Assembly (NCBI GenBank): GCA_016186765.1
Contig: JACPLD010000002.1
Location: 35,272 to 99,271 of the forward strand
Direction of reading: 5' to 3'
Length of the DNA: 64,000 bases
Source: Candidatus Kaiserbacteria bacterium
Lineage (GTDB): Bacteria; Patescibacteriota; Minisyncoccia; Phycocordibacterales; UBA2100
Shown here: one piece after another, positions 46,086 to 55,320 of the stretch
Layout of the letters: each line of letters starts with the position of its first letter
Position numbering within the stretch: position 1 is the stretch's first letter
Translations under genes and position numbers: made by a program
The notes under the pieces: generated by a model
Seen by the model: only the letters and a program-made list of their open reading frames with translations
Database searches by the model: none
What the model was told of the DNA's origin: nothing

Positions 46086-48032
46086 TCACATCGTCGTCTT
46101 TGAGGCCTGCGCATCATCTCGTGCGAGAACCGATTTAAGGCGGGCACCTGCGCTATCAGGAGCTCGTATCTGTGCCGCCTGCGGGATCCCAGCTGGTGTA
46201 TCTCCCGGGAGCTGCCCCGCATTCGCGAGTTCTTGCTTCGCCTTTTTGATCGCGAGGATCTGCGAAGGGTCGGATGTGATGATCTGGTCTTCGGTATAGC
46301 TCGCGATTACCTTGATCGCGACGTGCTTTAGCCCAGCGAAGAAAATGCCCTCTCCCACATCCGACTCGAGCAACAGGTACTTTTCTTCATCGGAGAGTTT
46401 AAACGTTTGCTGAACGAGGTCGACCGAGGTTGGCGATTGCCGAAGAAGGATTTGGATCGAGGAGTTGGTGATCATCGGGATGCCGTAGGGAGAGTTGAGG
46501 AAGTCGGAAACATCCTGCGTGATCGTCGAGATGCCGAGGTAGTACTTGCGCCCGCGCTTCGCGATCCCGAAGAGGAAGGAGGCAGTGTCCTCGCTTCGCA
46601 TCATCCACCACGCCTCGTCGATCACGAGGAGTCGCTTGCGCAGTTCTTTTCTCACGGTGTTCCAGATGTAGTGCGTGATGATGTACATCGCGACAGGTTT
46701 GAGATCGTCCTCCATGTCGCGAACAGAAAAGACGATGAGCTTTTTGTTCATGTCGACGTTCGTGGGCCGGTTCATGAACCCAGCCCACGTCCCCTTCGTG
46801 TATTTGGAAAGGCGCGCGACTAATGACTCCGAGCCTTCCATGCCGGATAGGACGAGCTCGAAGTCGGAAAGCAAGGGCGGCTCGACGGATGCGAAGTTTG
46901 CCTCCGCGGTGATGTCTTTGAGGGCGTAGGTTTCGGTGATCGCCTTGTCGATGACCGCATCCTCCTCGGGCGTGAGGCCGCCTAGCATGATGCGGAAGAG
47001 CCCCACGAGCGAGATGATGTTGTTGCGCAGCACGTCGGAAGGGTTTTCGTCTTCGCGCGGGATGGGAAGATCGAAGGGATTGATGTGGTGCTCGGATGAA
47101 AGGGAAATGTTGAAGTAGCGTCCGCCGACGGTTTCAGCGAGGTACTCGTACTCGCGCTCGGGGTCGATGACGATTACCTCGGCGTCGAACATGAGGGAAC
47201 GCAGTATCTCGAGCTTCGTCATGTAGGATTTGCCCGCGCCGGATTTCGCGAATGTCACCGAGTTGTAGTTCTCTAAGCTAAAGCGGTCGAAGAGGATCAG
47301 CGAGGAGTTGTGGCGGTTGATGCCGTAGAGAATGCCGCGATCGCTTGTGAGGTCGAAGGAGATGAATGGAAAGATTGATGAGAGCGGTGCAGAGTTGAGT
47401 TTCGTGTGTACGTCGAGCTCGTCGAGAGCAAGCGGCAGCACTGAGCGAAATCCTCCTTCCTGCTGGAAAAGCGCTGGACGGATGTAGACGAGGCGACCCT
47501 CGAGAATGGAGCGGACCTCGCTTTCGATCTTGTCGACCTCCTCGCGCGTCGCGCCGTAGATGGTGAGGTAGAGGCCGACTTCAAAGATGCGCTCCTGCGC
47601 CTGCTGCAGGGAGTCGCGGAGCTTCTCGAGGTCTTGGTAGGCAGTATCGAGCACTGGGTCGCGAACCATCCCCTTCTCCTCACGCGTCGCGATCTGGCTC
47701 TGCACCTCCGCCACTTTTTTCTGGAACTTGCGGAGCACCTCGATGGTATCCATCGGATGCACGAGGATCGAGATATCGATCACCTTGTCCATGTTGATGA
47801 TGGGCGCAAACCATCCCGTTGTGAGGAAGCGCGGGTAGGAGATCACGAAGAACGTGCGGGCAATCTTTTCGCCAAGGTCGATCTCCCGCGAGCTGATCCT
47901 AAGCGCGTGTGGCGCGATCACGTCTTGAAGCGATAGTACGCCGGTCTTGTAGATCTCCTCGGGAAGAACAGGCAGCACCGCTGCTGCAGGCGCAGTCTTC
48001 TTTTTGAAAGGGAGGAGGTCGGTAAATGCCAT
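46086..48032 (-). CDS. VirB4/TrbE/CagE-family T4SS ATPase
   Basis: Walker A FAKSGAGKSY, Walker B LLVIDEAWWMM, and a VirB4-like N-terminal domain. Confidence 0.8.
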   Translation of the reverse strand: MAFTDLLPFKKKTAPAAAVLPVLPEEIYKTGVLSLQDVIAPHALRISSREIDLGEKIARTFFVISYPRFLTTGWFAPIINMDKVIDISILVHPMDTIEVLRKFQKKVAEVQSQIATREEKGMVRDPVLDTAYQDLEKLRDSLQQAQERIFEVGLYLTIYGATREEVDKIESEVRSILEGRLVYIRPALFQQEGGFRSVLPLALDELDVHTKLNSAPLSSIFPFISFDLTSDRGILYGINRHNSSLILFDRFSLENYNSVTFAKSGAGKSYMTKLEILRSLMFDAEVIVIDPEREYEYLAETVGGRYFNISLSSEHHINPFDLPIPREDENPSDVLRNNIISLVGLFRIMLGGLTPEEDAVIDKAITETYALKDITAEANFASVEPPLLSDFELVLSGMEGSESLVARLSKYTKGTWAGFMNRPTNVDMNKKLIVFSVRDMEDDLKPVAMYIITHYIWNTVRKELRKRLLVIDEAWWMMRSEDTASFLFGIAKRGRKYYLGISTITQDVSDFLNSPYGIPMITNSSIQILLRQSPTSVDLVQQTFKLSDEEKYLLLESDVGEGIFFAGLKHVAIKVIASYTEDQIITSDPSQILAIKKAKQELANAGQLPGDTPAGIPQAAQIRAPDSAGARLKSVLARDDAQASKTTM

Positions 48033-48038
48033 AGGCGT

Positions 48039-48124
48039 TAGCCACTAGCCACTAGGGTTTAGGGGGAGCAAAGTTGAATTTCATAGGTATTCTCTAATGG
48101 CTAATTACTAGTGGCTATTGGCTG
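48039..48124. repeat. About 85-nt palindromic intergenic element (AGCCACTAGCCACTAG ... CTAGTGGCTATTGGCT)
   Basis: Inverted homologue of 14596-14673, lying directly upstream of the virB4 start. Confidence 0.7.
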
Positions 48125-48780
48125 TTCAGTGGCATTGGCTTGCCCGCTTCGCCGGGGTTGAAGAGTTTATAGAAGAGCTCAATTGCTTCCTCGGTTCCCA
48201 ACTGTACCGTGCGCACGCCGGTGCGGATCAATCCTTGCTGCACGATCGCAACACGCTGCTCGAGCTGCGAGACCTGCTCCTCGAATGTTCTGTTTGCGTC
48301 AGCCGCAGTAGCCTTCTTCTTGTTCCACGGCAGCATCGACGCAGGGCCGCCTTTCCCGATCGGCGCGAGCGAAGGTGCATACGGCACGACGACGAAGAAA
48401 TTTTTCGTCATGATGTTTGCTGCCTCCGTAAAGCTCTTAATGAATTCTATGTATTCGCGTATCTGGATGCGCATCAGGTCATCGAGTTGCTCTTTGAAAC
48501 GCTCTTCGAGCGTTGCAACGTACGGACGGATATCGAGCATGCGTGATTGTACGAAGATCTGCACGGAGAAGTCGAGCGAGTTGAGAAAGTTCTGGAATTG
48601 CAGGAGGAATGCGCTCTGTTCGTCTTCCGATTTCAGCGCGAAGTTGAGTGAGGAAGCAAGGAGTATCGCGCGCAACCCCCCACCTTTCAGGATGACGATG
48701 CCGTCGCGTACCTCGGCAATCGGCACGAATTCCTGTGCCGATCTCTTGCCAGCGCCGAGGGTTTGGAGGGGTGTGGACAT
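48115..48780 (-). CDS. Hypothetical protein resembling a VirB4 N-terminal domain
   Basis: FVPIAEVRDGIVILKGG...NFALKSEDEQ...FLNSLDF.VQI pattern, as in the N-termini of conjugative VirB4 ATPases. Confidence 0.4.
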   Translation of the reverse strand: MSTPLQTLGAGKRSAQEFVPIAEVRDGIVILKGGGLRAILLASSLNFALKSEDEQSAFLLQFQNFLNSLDFSVQIFVQSRMLDIRPYVATLEERFKEQLDDLMRIQIREYIEFIKSFTEAANIMTKNFFVVVPYAPSLAPIGKGGPASMLPWNKKKATAADANRTFEEQVSQLEQRVAIVQQGLIRTGVRTVQLGTEEAIELFYKLFNPGEAGKPMPLNSQ

Positions 48781-48782
48781 GG

Positions 48783-49271
48783 TTATTGGACAAGCGCCTC
48801 GCGAGCTGTTCGCACGGGTGCGACGATGCCACCGACGTGTTCACGGTCCTCTGCGACCCCCGCTGCGATCCGCTCCTTGATGTCGAGACTCCACGCGAGC
48901 TCGTGCAATTTGCTTTCGGCGAGCTTTGGAATGTAGACTTCCGATGTAGGCTCGATTTTCTGTTCTCGCTTGCCTGTTTTCTGTTTGCTTCTCAGCTCAT
49001 TGCTCCAGAGATAGAGCTTGCTTCGTACAAGGTAGTAGAAGCCATTTTCCAAACCGAGAACGAAGGGGCGGCCGTTCCACTGCAGGAACGCGAGCGCTGC
49101 CGCAAGCCCCCCGATGCCAAGTATCAGTGGGCCCGCGAGATAGAGCGGGAGCACACGCCATAGGAGGTACGCCGCACCGGCGCCACCTGCCATATAGATG
49201 AACTGCTTGAAGGTGAGCGGTCCGAAGATCTTGTCTTCGACCTCGATGAATTGGGGGACCTGAAATTGCAT
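48783..49271 (-). CDS. VirB3/PrgI-like small T4SS membrane protein
   Basis: 162 aa, two TM helices near the N-terminus, immediately upstream of the VirB4-like genes. Confidence 0.4.
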   Translation of the reverse strand: MQFQVPQFIEVEDKIFGPLTFKQFIYMAGGAGAAYLLWRVLPLYLAGPLILGIGGLAAALAFLQWNGRPFVLGLENGFYYLVRSKLYLWSNELRSKQKTGKREQKIEPTSEVYIPKLAESKLHELAWSLDIKERIAAGVAEDREHVGGIVAPVRTAREALVQ

Positions 49272-49306
49272 ACTCGAGAGAGCAGCGAACAGAGAACAGC
49301 GAACAG
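49272..49306. repeat. GAACAG heptad repeat block (AGCAGCGAACAGAGAACAGCGAACAGTTAACG)
   Basis: Same heptad family as 38537-38618; inverted partner at 49669-49708. Confidence 0.75.
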
Positions 49307-49687
49307 TTAACGCAGTTTCGCGCGGAGCGCGTACAGCATTCTGCCGGTTTCGTCCAGCTGCATCTCAATTGTACTACAGTCTTTTTCGGTACAGTACGAG
49401 AGTTCTTTCGCAATTGTGAGGAGGGTTTCGAGCTCAGTCAGCGAGCCGTGCGATATCCTTAGAAAGTTTGCAAATTCCTTGGGAGTATTTCTTCCGTAGC
49501 CTTCGGCAATATTGGCTGCGACAGAGACTCCAGCACGCCGCATTTGGGAAGTCAGGGCAAATAGCTCATCTTTGGGAAATTTTTTCGTCAGTGTATATAC
49601 TCCAAGCGAAAGCTCAACGGCTTTCTGCCAAACCAAAAGCTTTCTATAAGAATGGCTACCCTCTAGATTTTTCTGTTCTCTGTTCAC
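49307..49687 (-). CDS. Four-helix-bundle protein (23S rRNA intervening-sequence protein family)
   Basis: YRKLLVWQKA...LTSQMRRAGVSVAANIAEGYGR...SLTELETLL. The N-terminus MNREQK is encoded by the heptad repeat itself. Confidence 0.7.
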   Translation of the reverse strand: MNREQKNLEGSHSYRKLLVWQKAVELSLGVYTLTKKFPKDELFALTSQMRRAGVSVAANIAEGYGRNTPKEFANFLRISHGSLTELETLLTIAKELSYCTEKDCSTIEMQLDETGRMLYALRAKLR

Positions 49688-49708
49688 TGTTTTCTGTTAT
49701 CTTGCTCA
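49669..49708. repeat. GAACAG heptad repeat block (complement: GATAACAGAAAACAGTGAACAGAGAACAG)
   Basis: Inverted relative to 49272-49306; the pair brackets the four-helix-bundle gene. Confidence 0.75.
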
Positions 49709-50314
49709 CTGCGGCGGTTCTCTGTAGGGATCGTCGTGAATATCTTTGCGCGCACTCGAGGGCTCCCCAGCTCTATATGCTCCTGAGGTTGGACCGCGAA
49801 CGGCCTTCTCGGTTCCCTGTGGAGGTGGAGGTGTTGCCGGTACGACAGGAAGTGGTGCTGCAATCACTGAAGTGTTTTCCTCCCTTTCCCCTATAACCTT
49901 TCCCCTATCACCTGTACTTGCAAGCACCTGCGCGCGTGTTGCCTCGACGCTACTCACCTCTTTTTCTTTCGCCTCCGGATGCTCGAGTTCCCGCTCGAGT
50001 TCTTGCCGAATGGGCTCAAACACGATGCGCGAGACATCACTTGCAAGAGAATTTGTAACTTCATCAGAAACTTCAAGGTCAGCTTTTAAGTTTTTTGCCA
50101 GCTCTTCTGGCGGCTGAAATCCAAGCAAGGTGAGCATCACGTTGTTTTCGAGCAGTTGCCACTGATCCAAATGCAGATGTTTTGTGTCGGCGAGCTCACG
50201 CAGCTGTTTTTGTATGCCCACGGATGTTATGGCATCTTGGACGACCTTAGGCAGCTCTTTGAACCGATCCTGGATTTTTTCGTCGAGCTCTTTTTTTGAG
50301 ATGTCAGCGTTCAT
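49706..50314 (-). CDS. Hypothetical acidic/coiled-coil protein
   Basis: Start at MNADISKK, 5 nt after the VirB6-like stop; Pro-rich C-terminus. Confidence 0.35.
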   Translation of the reverse strand: MNADISKKELDEKIQDRFKELPKVVQDAITSVGIQKQLRELADTKHLHLDQWQLLENNVMLTLLGFQPPEELAKNLKADLEVSDEVTNSLASDVSRIVFEPIRQELERELEHPEAKEKEVSSVEATRAQVLASTGDRGKVIGEREENTSVIAAPLPVVPATPPPPQGTEKAVRGPTSGAYRAGEPSSARKDIHDDPYREPPQ

Positions 50315-50318
50315 ATCA

Positions 50319-52790
50319 CTATGGCGTGCGCGGTGGCGGCGGTGCTTGCGGTGGAGGAGGAGGCGAAGGCGCAGTTTCGGCCTGAACGCTTGCCACCACA
50401 TCTCGCAGATTTGCAGTCCGTACTCTCTTCTTGTACAGGTCCCGCGTATTCTGTGCAACTATCTCGTTTGCTCCGGTTAACTTGCCGATCGCACGGGTCA
50501 GAACGTCGCCCGATCTTCTTCCAACTCTCTCCGCGATGTTCGCTGCGCTCTCCCCCATTGCTGCCACGATTTCTTTTCCTATTTGCTCGGTTTGCTCTTC
50601 GTATTCACCCACAGCCTTTTCCGCTTCTTTGACGGGGCGCTCGAGCACATCTATGCGCTGCTGAATGAGCTGTACGGCCTGTCTTGCTCTTGCAATGCGC
50701 TGGTCTTCAATCTTCATTTCAGCACTGCGGCGCGCGATGTCGGCAGGTGAACCGGCGCTCGCTCTAAATCTTTCCTCGATTACGACTTTGTTTCGAGATG
50801 CGCTGCCCTCTTCGTTCTGAGCATGCTGTTGCGTGGCGATAAGCTTTTCACCCAGCTGCTCGAATCTCTTTACAGTCTCCGCATTTGCTCGCTCCGCATC
50901 CCGCCTCACCTGAAGGTCTTTGAGCCCAGCTTCCCGCTTCTCTCGTACCTCCTGCTTTGCTTTTTCATTTTGATCTGCAGAAGGCGCGATTTTCGCGGCC
51001 TCTTTCTCTGCAGCTTCCGTTCGAGCTTTTATCTGATCTGCGTAGCTCTTCGTGGCTTTGACTGATTCTCCCGTGAAGTCAGCCCCAGCAGCCCTCGCGG
51101 CGCTCTTCATCACACCAGTATCCATGATGTTCATTCTGCTTTCGGCGATTGCACTGCCACGCGCTGCTCGCCGCAGCTTTGTATCTGCAAATCCCTCCAG
51201 TCTCCGGGCTTTTGCGGCCGCCTCGTCCGCTGCTTTCGTGTAGCCTGCTCTGCGAAACCCTGCCTCTTCTTGTCGTGCCGCCCCTGCTTCGTCGCGTGCC
51301 TCGCGTGCCTGCTTGAGTCGGCTCCTCTCGTATCGGTAGCCAAGCCACCCGGCCGTCTGGCGAAGAGCTGGAGCGACAAGGAATCGCGAGCCTGCGGTTA
51401 AGGGGAGTGCGCTGAAAGCTGTTGCGAACCTGAAGCCAGCAATGGAGCGAGCGAATGCGTTTGCGGATATGACGGACACGATGAGAAGACCGATTACAAT
51501 GACGTAATTGAAAAGCGCTTCGAGGTTCAAGGTCTGGCTCGGGTCGGCGACCATAGCGCCGAGCGTTCCACTTTGGGGTAGGGCCTGCGCAACCTTGAGC
51601 GACGCCCACAAGAAAATCATGAGAATGGGGGCAAATGTCGCAGCTTTGATCAGCGACTGCCACCACGTTGAGAATCCTTTTCCGATGAATTGCTGCGGAA
51701 TGAGCCAGCTTGCGAACGCAAGCGCGGACGTCATCATGAGGAAGATGAGCAGCACGGCTCGTGCGATGAGCAGGAAGGAGGCGTAGAGAAACACCCCCGC
51801 CGCAATGAGGAGGAGAGTCGCAGACACGAGCCCGTGCAGGAGGGCGTACCAGCCGTTTGCATTGGTGAATTTGTTACTTTCGTCGCCGAAGGCTGCGCGA
51901 GAGAGCGCCTGGTACGTTTCTGCCATCGTCGCGATACCCATCACTTTGATGAATTCACCCGCGATACCTGTTTTTACGAACTCGGTATCGAATGCTCCTT
52001 GCAAATTTCGTGATTCGCTCTGGAAGCCGCTTGCTCTGACGAATTGCAGCGCGGTGAAGTTTGATGCATCGATAATCGCTTTACTGAAAAGGAGGCTGAA
52101 ATTAATCAGCACGGCGACGATAAGCACGCGCGCGATCAACTTCTTTTCTCCAAACTCTTTTACGCCGAGGATGATGTTTATTGCAATGAAGACGAACATC
52201 GAGATGATAACGATATTGGCAAGGTCTCGGAGCGCGGTCCATCCAACCTCGATTGCCTGACGCACCTCCGTTCTAAGCAGCGTCTCTCCAAACTTGACGA
52301 CCGTGTGATCTATTAGAAGGTTGAATAGGTACCCGGCGGTAGCAAGGAGCCACGCTGTCGCTGTAACAAGGGCGGTGCCGATGACAGTACTTACCAGTCT
52401 GCCGAAACACGTGATGCCAAACCAATCAATGAGCGATTCACAGCGATTTCCAGCGACTGGCGTAGATCCCTCGACTTTCTTTCCTTGACTGTCAACGCAG
52501 ATTGGTGCTACGTAATATGTTCCGGTTCCGGGTGTCCTTGTCCATTCAGCGGCAACACTTTGTCCAGCTGGACATGTATGGGAGGACGTATCAATAGCTG
52601 TGCCGTAACCTACACGGTCGTCAAACTCTCTCCTGCACTCAACTCTTCCGCTGGAGAGTGTCGTCATGGTTGAACCAGGGGGACATACATAGTTCTGTGC
52701 TTCGGCTACCGTTGTTGTGGCTAGTTGGATGGCAATACTCATACCAATCAACAAAGGGACAAATATAAGGATCAGTTTTTTCCTTGCGGA
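50319..52790 (-). CDS. VirB6/TrbL-like polytopic T4SS membrane protein with a long C-terminal coiled-coil/Pro tail
   Basis: Signal peptide, Cys-containing ectodomain, at least 6 TM helices, then about 350 aa of charged coiled coil ending in PSPPPPPQAPPPPRTP. Confidence 0.5.
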   Translation of the reverse strand, partial: SARKKLILIFVPLLIGMSIAIQLATTTVAEAQNYVCPPGSTMTTLSSGRVECRREFDDRVGYGTAIDTSSHTCPAGQSVAAEWTRTPGTGTYYVAPICVDSQGKKVEGSTPVAGNRCESLIDWFGITCFGRLVSTVIGTALVTATAWLLATAGYLFNLLIDHTVVKFGETLLRTEVRQAIEVGWTALRDLANIVIISMFVFIAINIILGVKEFGEKKLIARVLIVAVLINFSLLFSKAIIDASNFTALQFVRASGFQSESRNLQGAFDTEFVKTGIAGEFIKVMGIATMAETYQALSRAAFGDESNKFTNANGWYALLHGLVSATLLLIAAGVFLYASFLLIARAVLLIFLMMTSALAFASWLIPQQFIGKGFSTWWQSLIKAATFAPILMIFLWASLKVAQALPQSGTLGAMVADPSQTLNLEALFNYVIVIGLLIVSVISANAFARSIAGFRFATAFSALPLTAGSRFLVAPALRQTAGWLGYRYERSRLKQAREARDEAGAARQEEAGFRRAGYTKAADEAAAKARRLEGFADTKLRRAARGSAIAESRMNIMDTGVMKSAARAAGADFTGESVKATKSYADQIKARTEAAEKEAAKIAPSADQNEKAKQEVREKREAGLKDLQVRRDAERANAETVKRFEQLGEKLIATQQHAQNEEGSASRNKVVIEERFRASAGSPADIARRSAEMKIEDQRIARARQAVQLIQQRIDVLERPVKEAEKAVGEYEEQTEQIGKEIVAAMGESAANIAERVGRRSGDVLTRAIGKLTGANEIVAQNTRDLYKKRVRTANLRDVVASVQAETAPSPPPPPQAPPPPRTP

Positions 52791-52795
52791 CATAA

Positions 52796-54373
52796 CTATA
52801 TCTTCCACCGCTCTGCCCAGAGGCGCGGAATGTCTGCGTTGTTGATGTTGCACCAGCCGGTCGAAGGAGAGGGCGAGTCGCCCCACGCTTGAGCGGTGTC
52901 TTGGATGAGTGTCTGCATAGCGCTTGCAACGTCGTCGCGCTGCTTGAGCGCGTTTTCCGCATCAAACCTCGTATGTAGTTCGCGCTCTGCGACTAAGGTA
53001 TCGAGCTGCTGGAGCGCAATACGTTGTGCATTCTGCGATGCCGTGTTGGTGACGCCCGCAATGAGTTGATCGATGAGCCCGAGCGCGCGCCGCGAATTCT
53101 GGACGTTTGTGAGCGCGGCATTGGCAAGAGGCGCGATCTGCGAATCGATAACCTGCTGCGAGAACGCAAGCGAGCTCGTGGAAGTGTTGATCTTGTTCGG
53201 GTCGAGCGTAAGGCCGCTTTGGGTGGCGTAGTTCTGCGCTCTCGGCACGACAAGCTCCCAGCACGCGCGTTCCATGTTTCGGAGCTGGTTGATGGCCTGC
53301 GTGAGGTTTGCAGCGATCGCCTCCATTGAGGCGAGGTAGCGGCCCTCGATCTCGCGGCTCGCATTGAGGATGCTAAGCGCTGCATTCACCGCCGCCCCAA
53401 TGACGCCTTGCGAAGAGTCTCTCGCTACTTGGTCGATGTACGCGGGCTGCCCTCCCCTACTCTGCATGATGCCTGAGAATCCGCGGTTGTCGGAGATGAT
53501 CTGCGTCGTTACCCCTGCGTACAGCGCACTGATCATCTCTCCAATGTCATCGGCGCTCTCAAGTTGCCGGACCGACGAGCCGAGGATCTGCTGGAACGAT
53601 TCCTGTACGACGGAGGATGGCGTCAAGATCTTTTCTTGGAATGGATCCTGTGCGTTGTCGGTGAGGGCATAGAAGCCGCGGCCCCAATCCCAGACCATTT
53701 TCTGATTTTCGACGGCTTGTGCATCACGTGCGTCCGCCAGATCTTCGAAGTACAGTGCGGCAAGGTGTGGTATGCATACGGGATTCGTCATTGCAAATAT
53801 TGATCCGATCGGATCATCCGATTGGTTTTGTATCCTGGCGTTGATGTCGTCGTAGGGACACTTGAGAAGGGATTCCGGCGCTCTCGTTTCTTGTTGGTAC
53901 GTGGCCGCGCTCCAGCGGACTATATTGTCCCTAAATATGGGCGTGAGTCCCTGTGCTGTGTCGCCCGTCAATGTTGTCAACCTTGACCTGTCTCTCACGG
54001 CCAAAAGCTCTGCTTCAGGATCTACGACGTAGCGCTTGTTGCCTTCGCGGCCAGTTTCTATCGCAACGCTGGCTCTCTTCAAGAGTGCGCTCATCGCGCT
54101 TTCGCGCAGACGGTCCTGGAGCGGTCGCAGCACGCACTCTTTGTAGACGAGGATGCCGGTGTTCAAGGTTACTGCAGCGTCGTTGACCGGGACGTAGACG
54201 CCACCGATCGCGGCAAGCGTACCCGCCGAGGCATTGGCGCCCGCAGTCTGATTACATCCAAAAATACCCTCATTTTTAAACTGGTAGTTGTTTTGCGCAG
54301 CTGCCGCGAAGGGCACGGCGCTCAAGCTGATCCCAAGCAAAGCAATTTGGACATGTCGCAGGTAGGGCGTCAT
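52796..54373 (-). CDS. Large secreted hypothetical protein, T4SS-associated
   Basis: Signal peptide ALLGISLSAVPFAAAAQ; 525 aa. Confidence 0.45.
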   Translation of the reverse strand: MTPYLRHVQIALLGISLSAVPFAAAAQNNYQFKNEGIFGCNQTAGANASAGTLAAIGGVYVPVNDAAVTLNTGILVYKECVLRPLQDRLRESAMSALLKRASVAIETGREGNKRYVVDPEAELLAVRDRSRLTTLTGDTAQGLTPIFRDNIVRWSAATYQQETRAPESLLKCPYDDINARIQNQSDDPIGSIFAMTNPVCIPHLAALYFEDLADARDAQAVENQKMVWDWGRGFYALTDNAQDPFQEKILTPSSVVQESFQQILGSSVRQLESADDIGEMISALYAGVTTQIISDNRGFSGIMQSRGGQPAYIDQVARDSSQGVIGAAVNAALSILNASREIEGRYLASMEAIAANLTQAINQLRNMERACWELVVPRAQNYATQSGLTLDPNKINTSTSSLAFSQQVIDSQIAPLANAALTNVQNSRRALGLIDQLIAGVTNTASQNAQRIALQQLDTLVAERELHTRFDAENALKQRDDVASAMQTLIQDTAQAWGDSPSPSTGWCNINNADIPRLWAERWKI

Positions 54374-55170
54374 GATTGTTTTTGCTTCTCGTATGTCGCG
54401 AGCGCGTCGAAGCTGCTGAAGAGCCGCAACTCCGTCTCGTTGTAGGTTCTCAAGAGTGCAGCTGATGCGAATGGGTCATCCGAATATTCGGTCAGGCGTT
54501 CGACGACAGCGGCGAATTCTGAAAGTGCGTTCAAAACCCCGATGTGCTCGGAGAGGGCGTCTTCCGGCACGACGATGTTCGCAGTGTTCTCGATCCCGGC
54601 GCGGTAATTTTTTGCGGCGCTCTTCAGCTGCTCGAGGTAGCGCGCATCGTGTGTCTCGATGTAGGTGGCAAAAAGCTCTAGCTCATATCCTGGGTTCTTG
54701 AGCAGAGGCTCGAGCGCGATCCGGAGGTCGTTGCGATAGGCGAGCATTCGCTCGTACGAGATGTCAGCGTCAGTCTTGATGTCTCTCCCATCGTATGCTT
54801 CGTACGAGACGCTCGCTTTCAATGAGCCGGCGATGTCTTTGGCGATTTTTTCGCCCTCCTCCGTCGTGTACGATCCGCTCTCTGCGAGCGTGGCGTACGA
54901 GCCAACCAAGGCACCGATCACATTTTCTGCGATGTGTGAAATGCCATCCTCGTCTTCTGGCGTTCCCGCGAGGGATAGGGCATCAGGAGAATCTCCCGTG
55001 AGCGGGACCTGCCAGTTGATGCTCCCATATGGCGTTCTCGCGATGTTCGATGTACTCACCCCTCCGTTTTTCGCGCTCACAAAACGTCCACCCTGCGAAA
55101 CGGTCTTGTATCCTTGTGCAAATGCGACGATCAGGAGTGCTGCGACCGCGAGAGCTGCGACTATCTTCAT
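54370..55170 (-). CDS. Secreted hypothetical protein, T4SS-associated
   Basis: MKIVAALAVAALLIVAFAQG signal peptide; the stop overlaps the next start (ATGA). Confidence 0.4.
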   Translation of the reverse strand: MKIVAALAVAALLIVAFAQGYKTVSQGGRFVSAKNGGVSTSNIARTPYGSINWQVPLTGDSPDALSLAGTPEDEDGISHIAENVIGALVGSYATLAESGSYTTEEGEKIAKDIAGSLKASVSYEAYDGRDIKTDADISYERMLAYRNDLRIALEPLLKNPGYELELFATYIETHDARYLEQLKSAAKNYRAGIENTANIVVPEDALSEHIGVLNALSEFAAVVERLTEYSDDPFASAALLRTYNETELRLFSSFDALATYEKQKQS

Positions 55171-55320
55171 AGGCAAAGAGCGCTCGAGCTGAACGTGTCG
55201 AGTTTCCACGCTAAAAGTATACCTCCTATATGGGGAATTCACGGGGATAACGCGTGGATAGGGAGCAGGTTTAAGGGGAAAGGTTTCAGGTTTCTTAACC
55301 TAGCACCTTGCCCCTAACAC

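Noticed and set aside
49706-50458. N-terminal 48 codons of ORF 49706-50458 (MHRIRGTCTRRE...)
   Set aside because: They overlap the end of the VirB6-like gene in another frame and are basic low-complexity. MNADISKK at 50314 gives a 5-nt intergenic gap.
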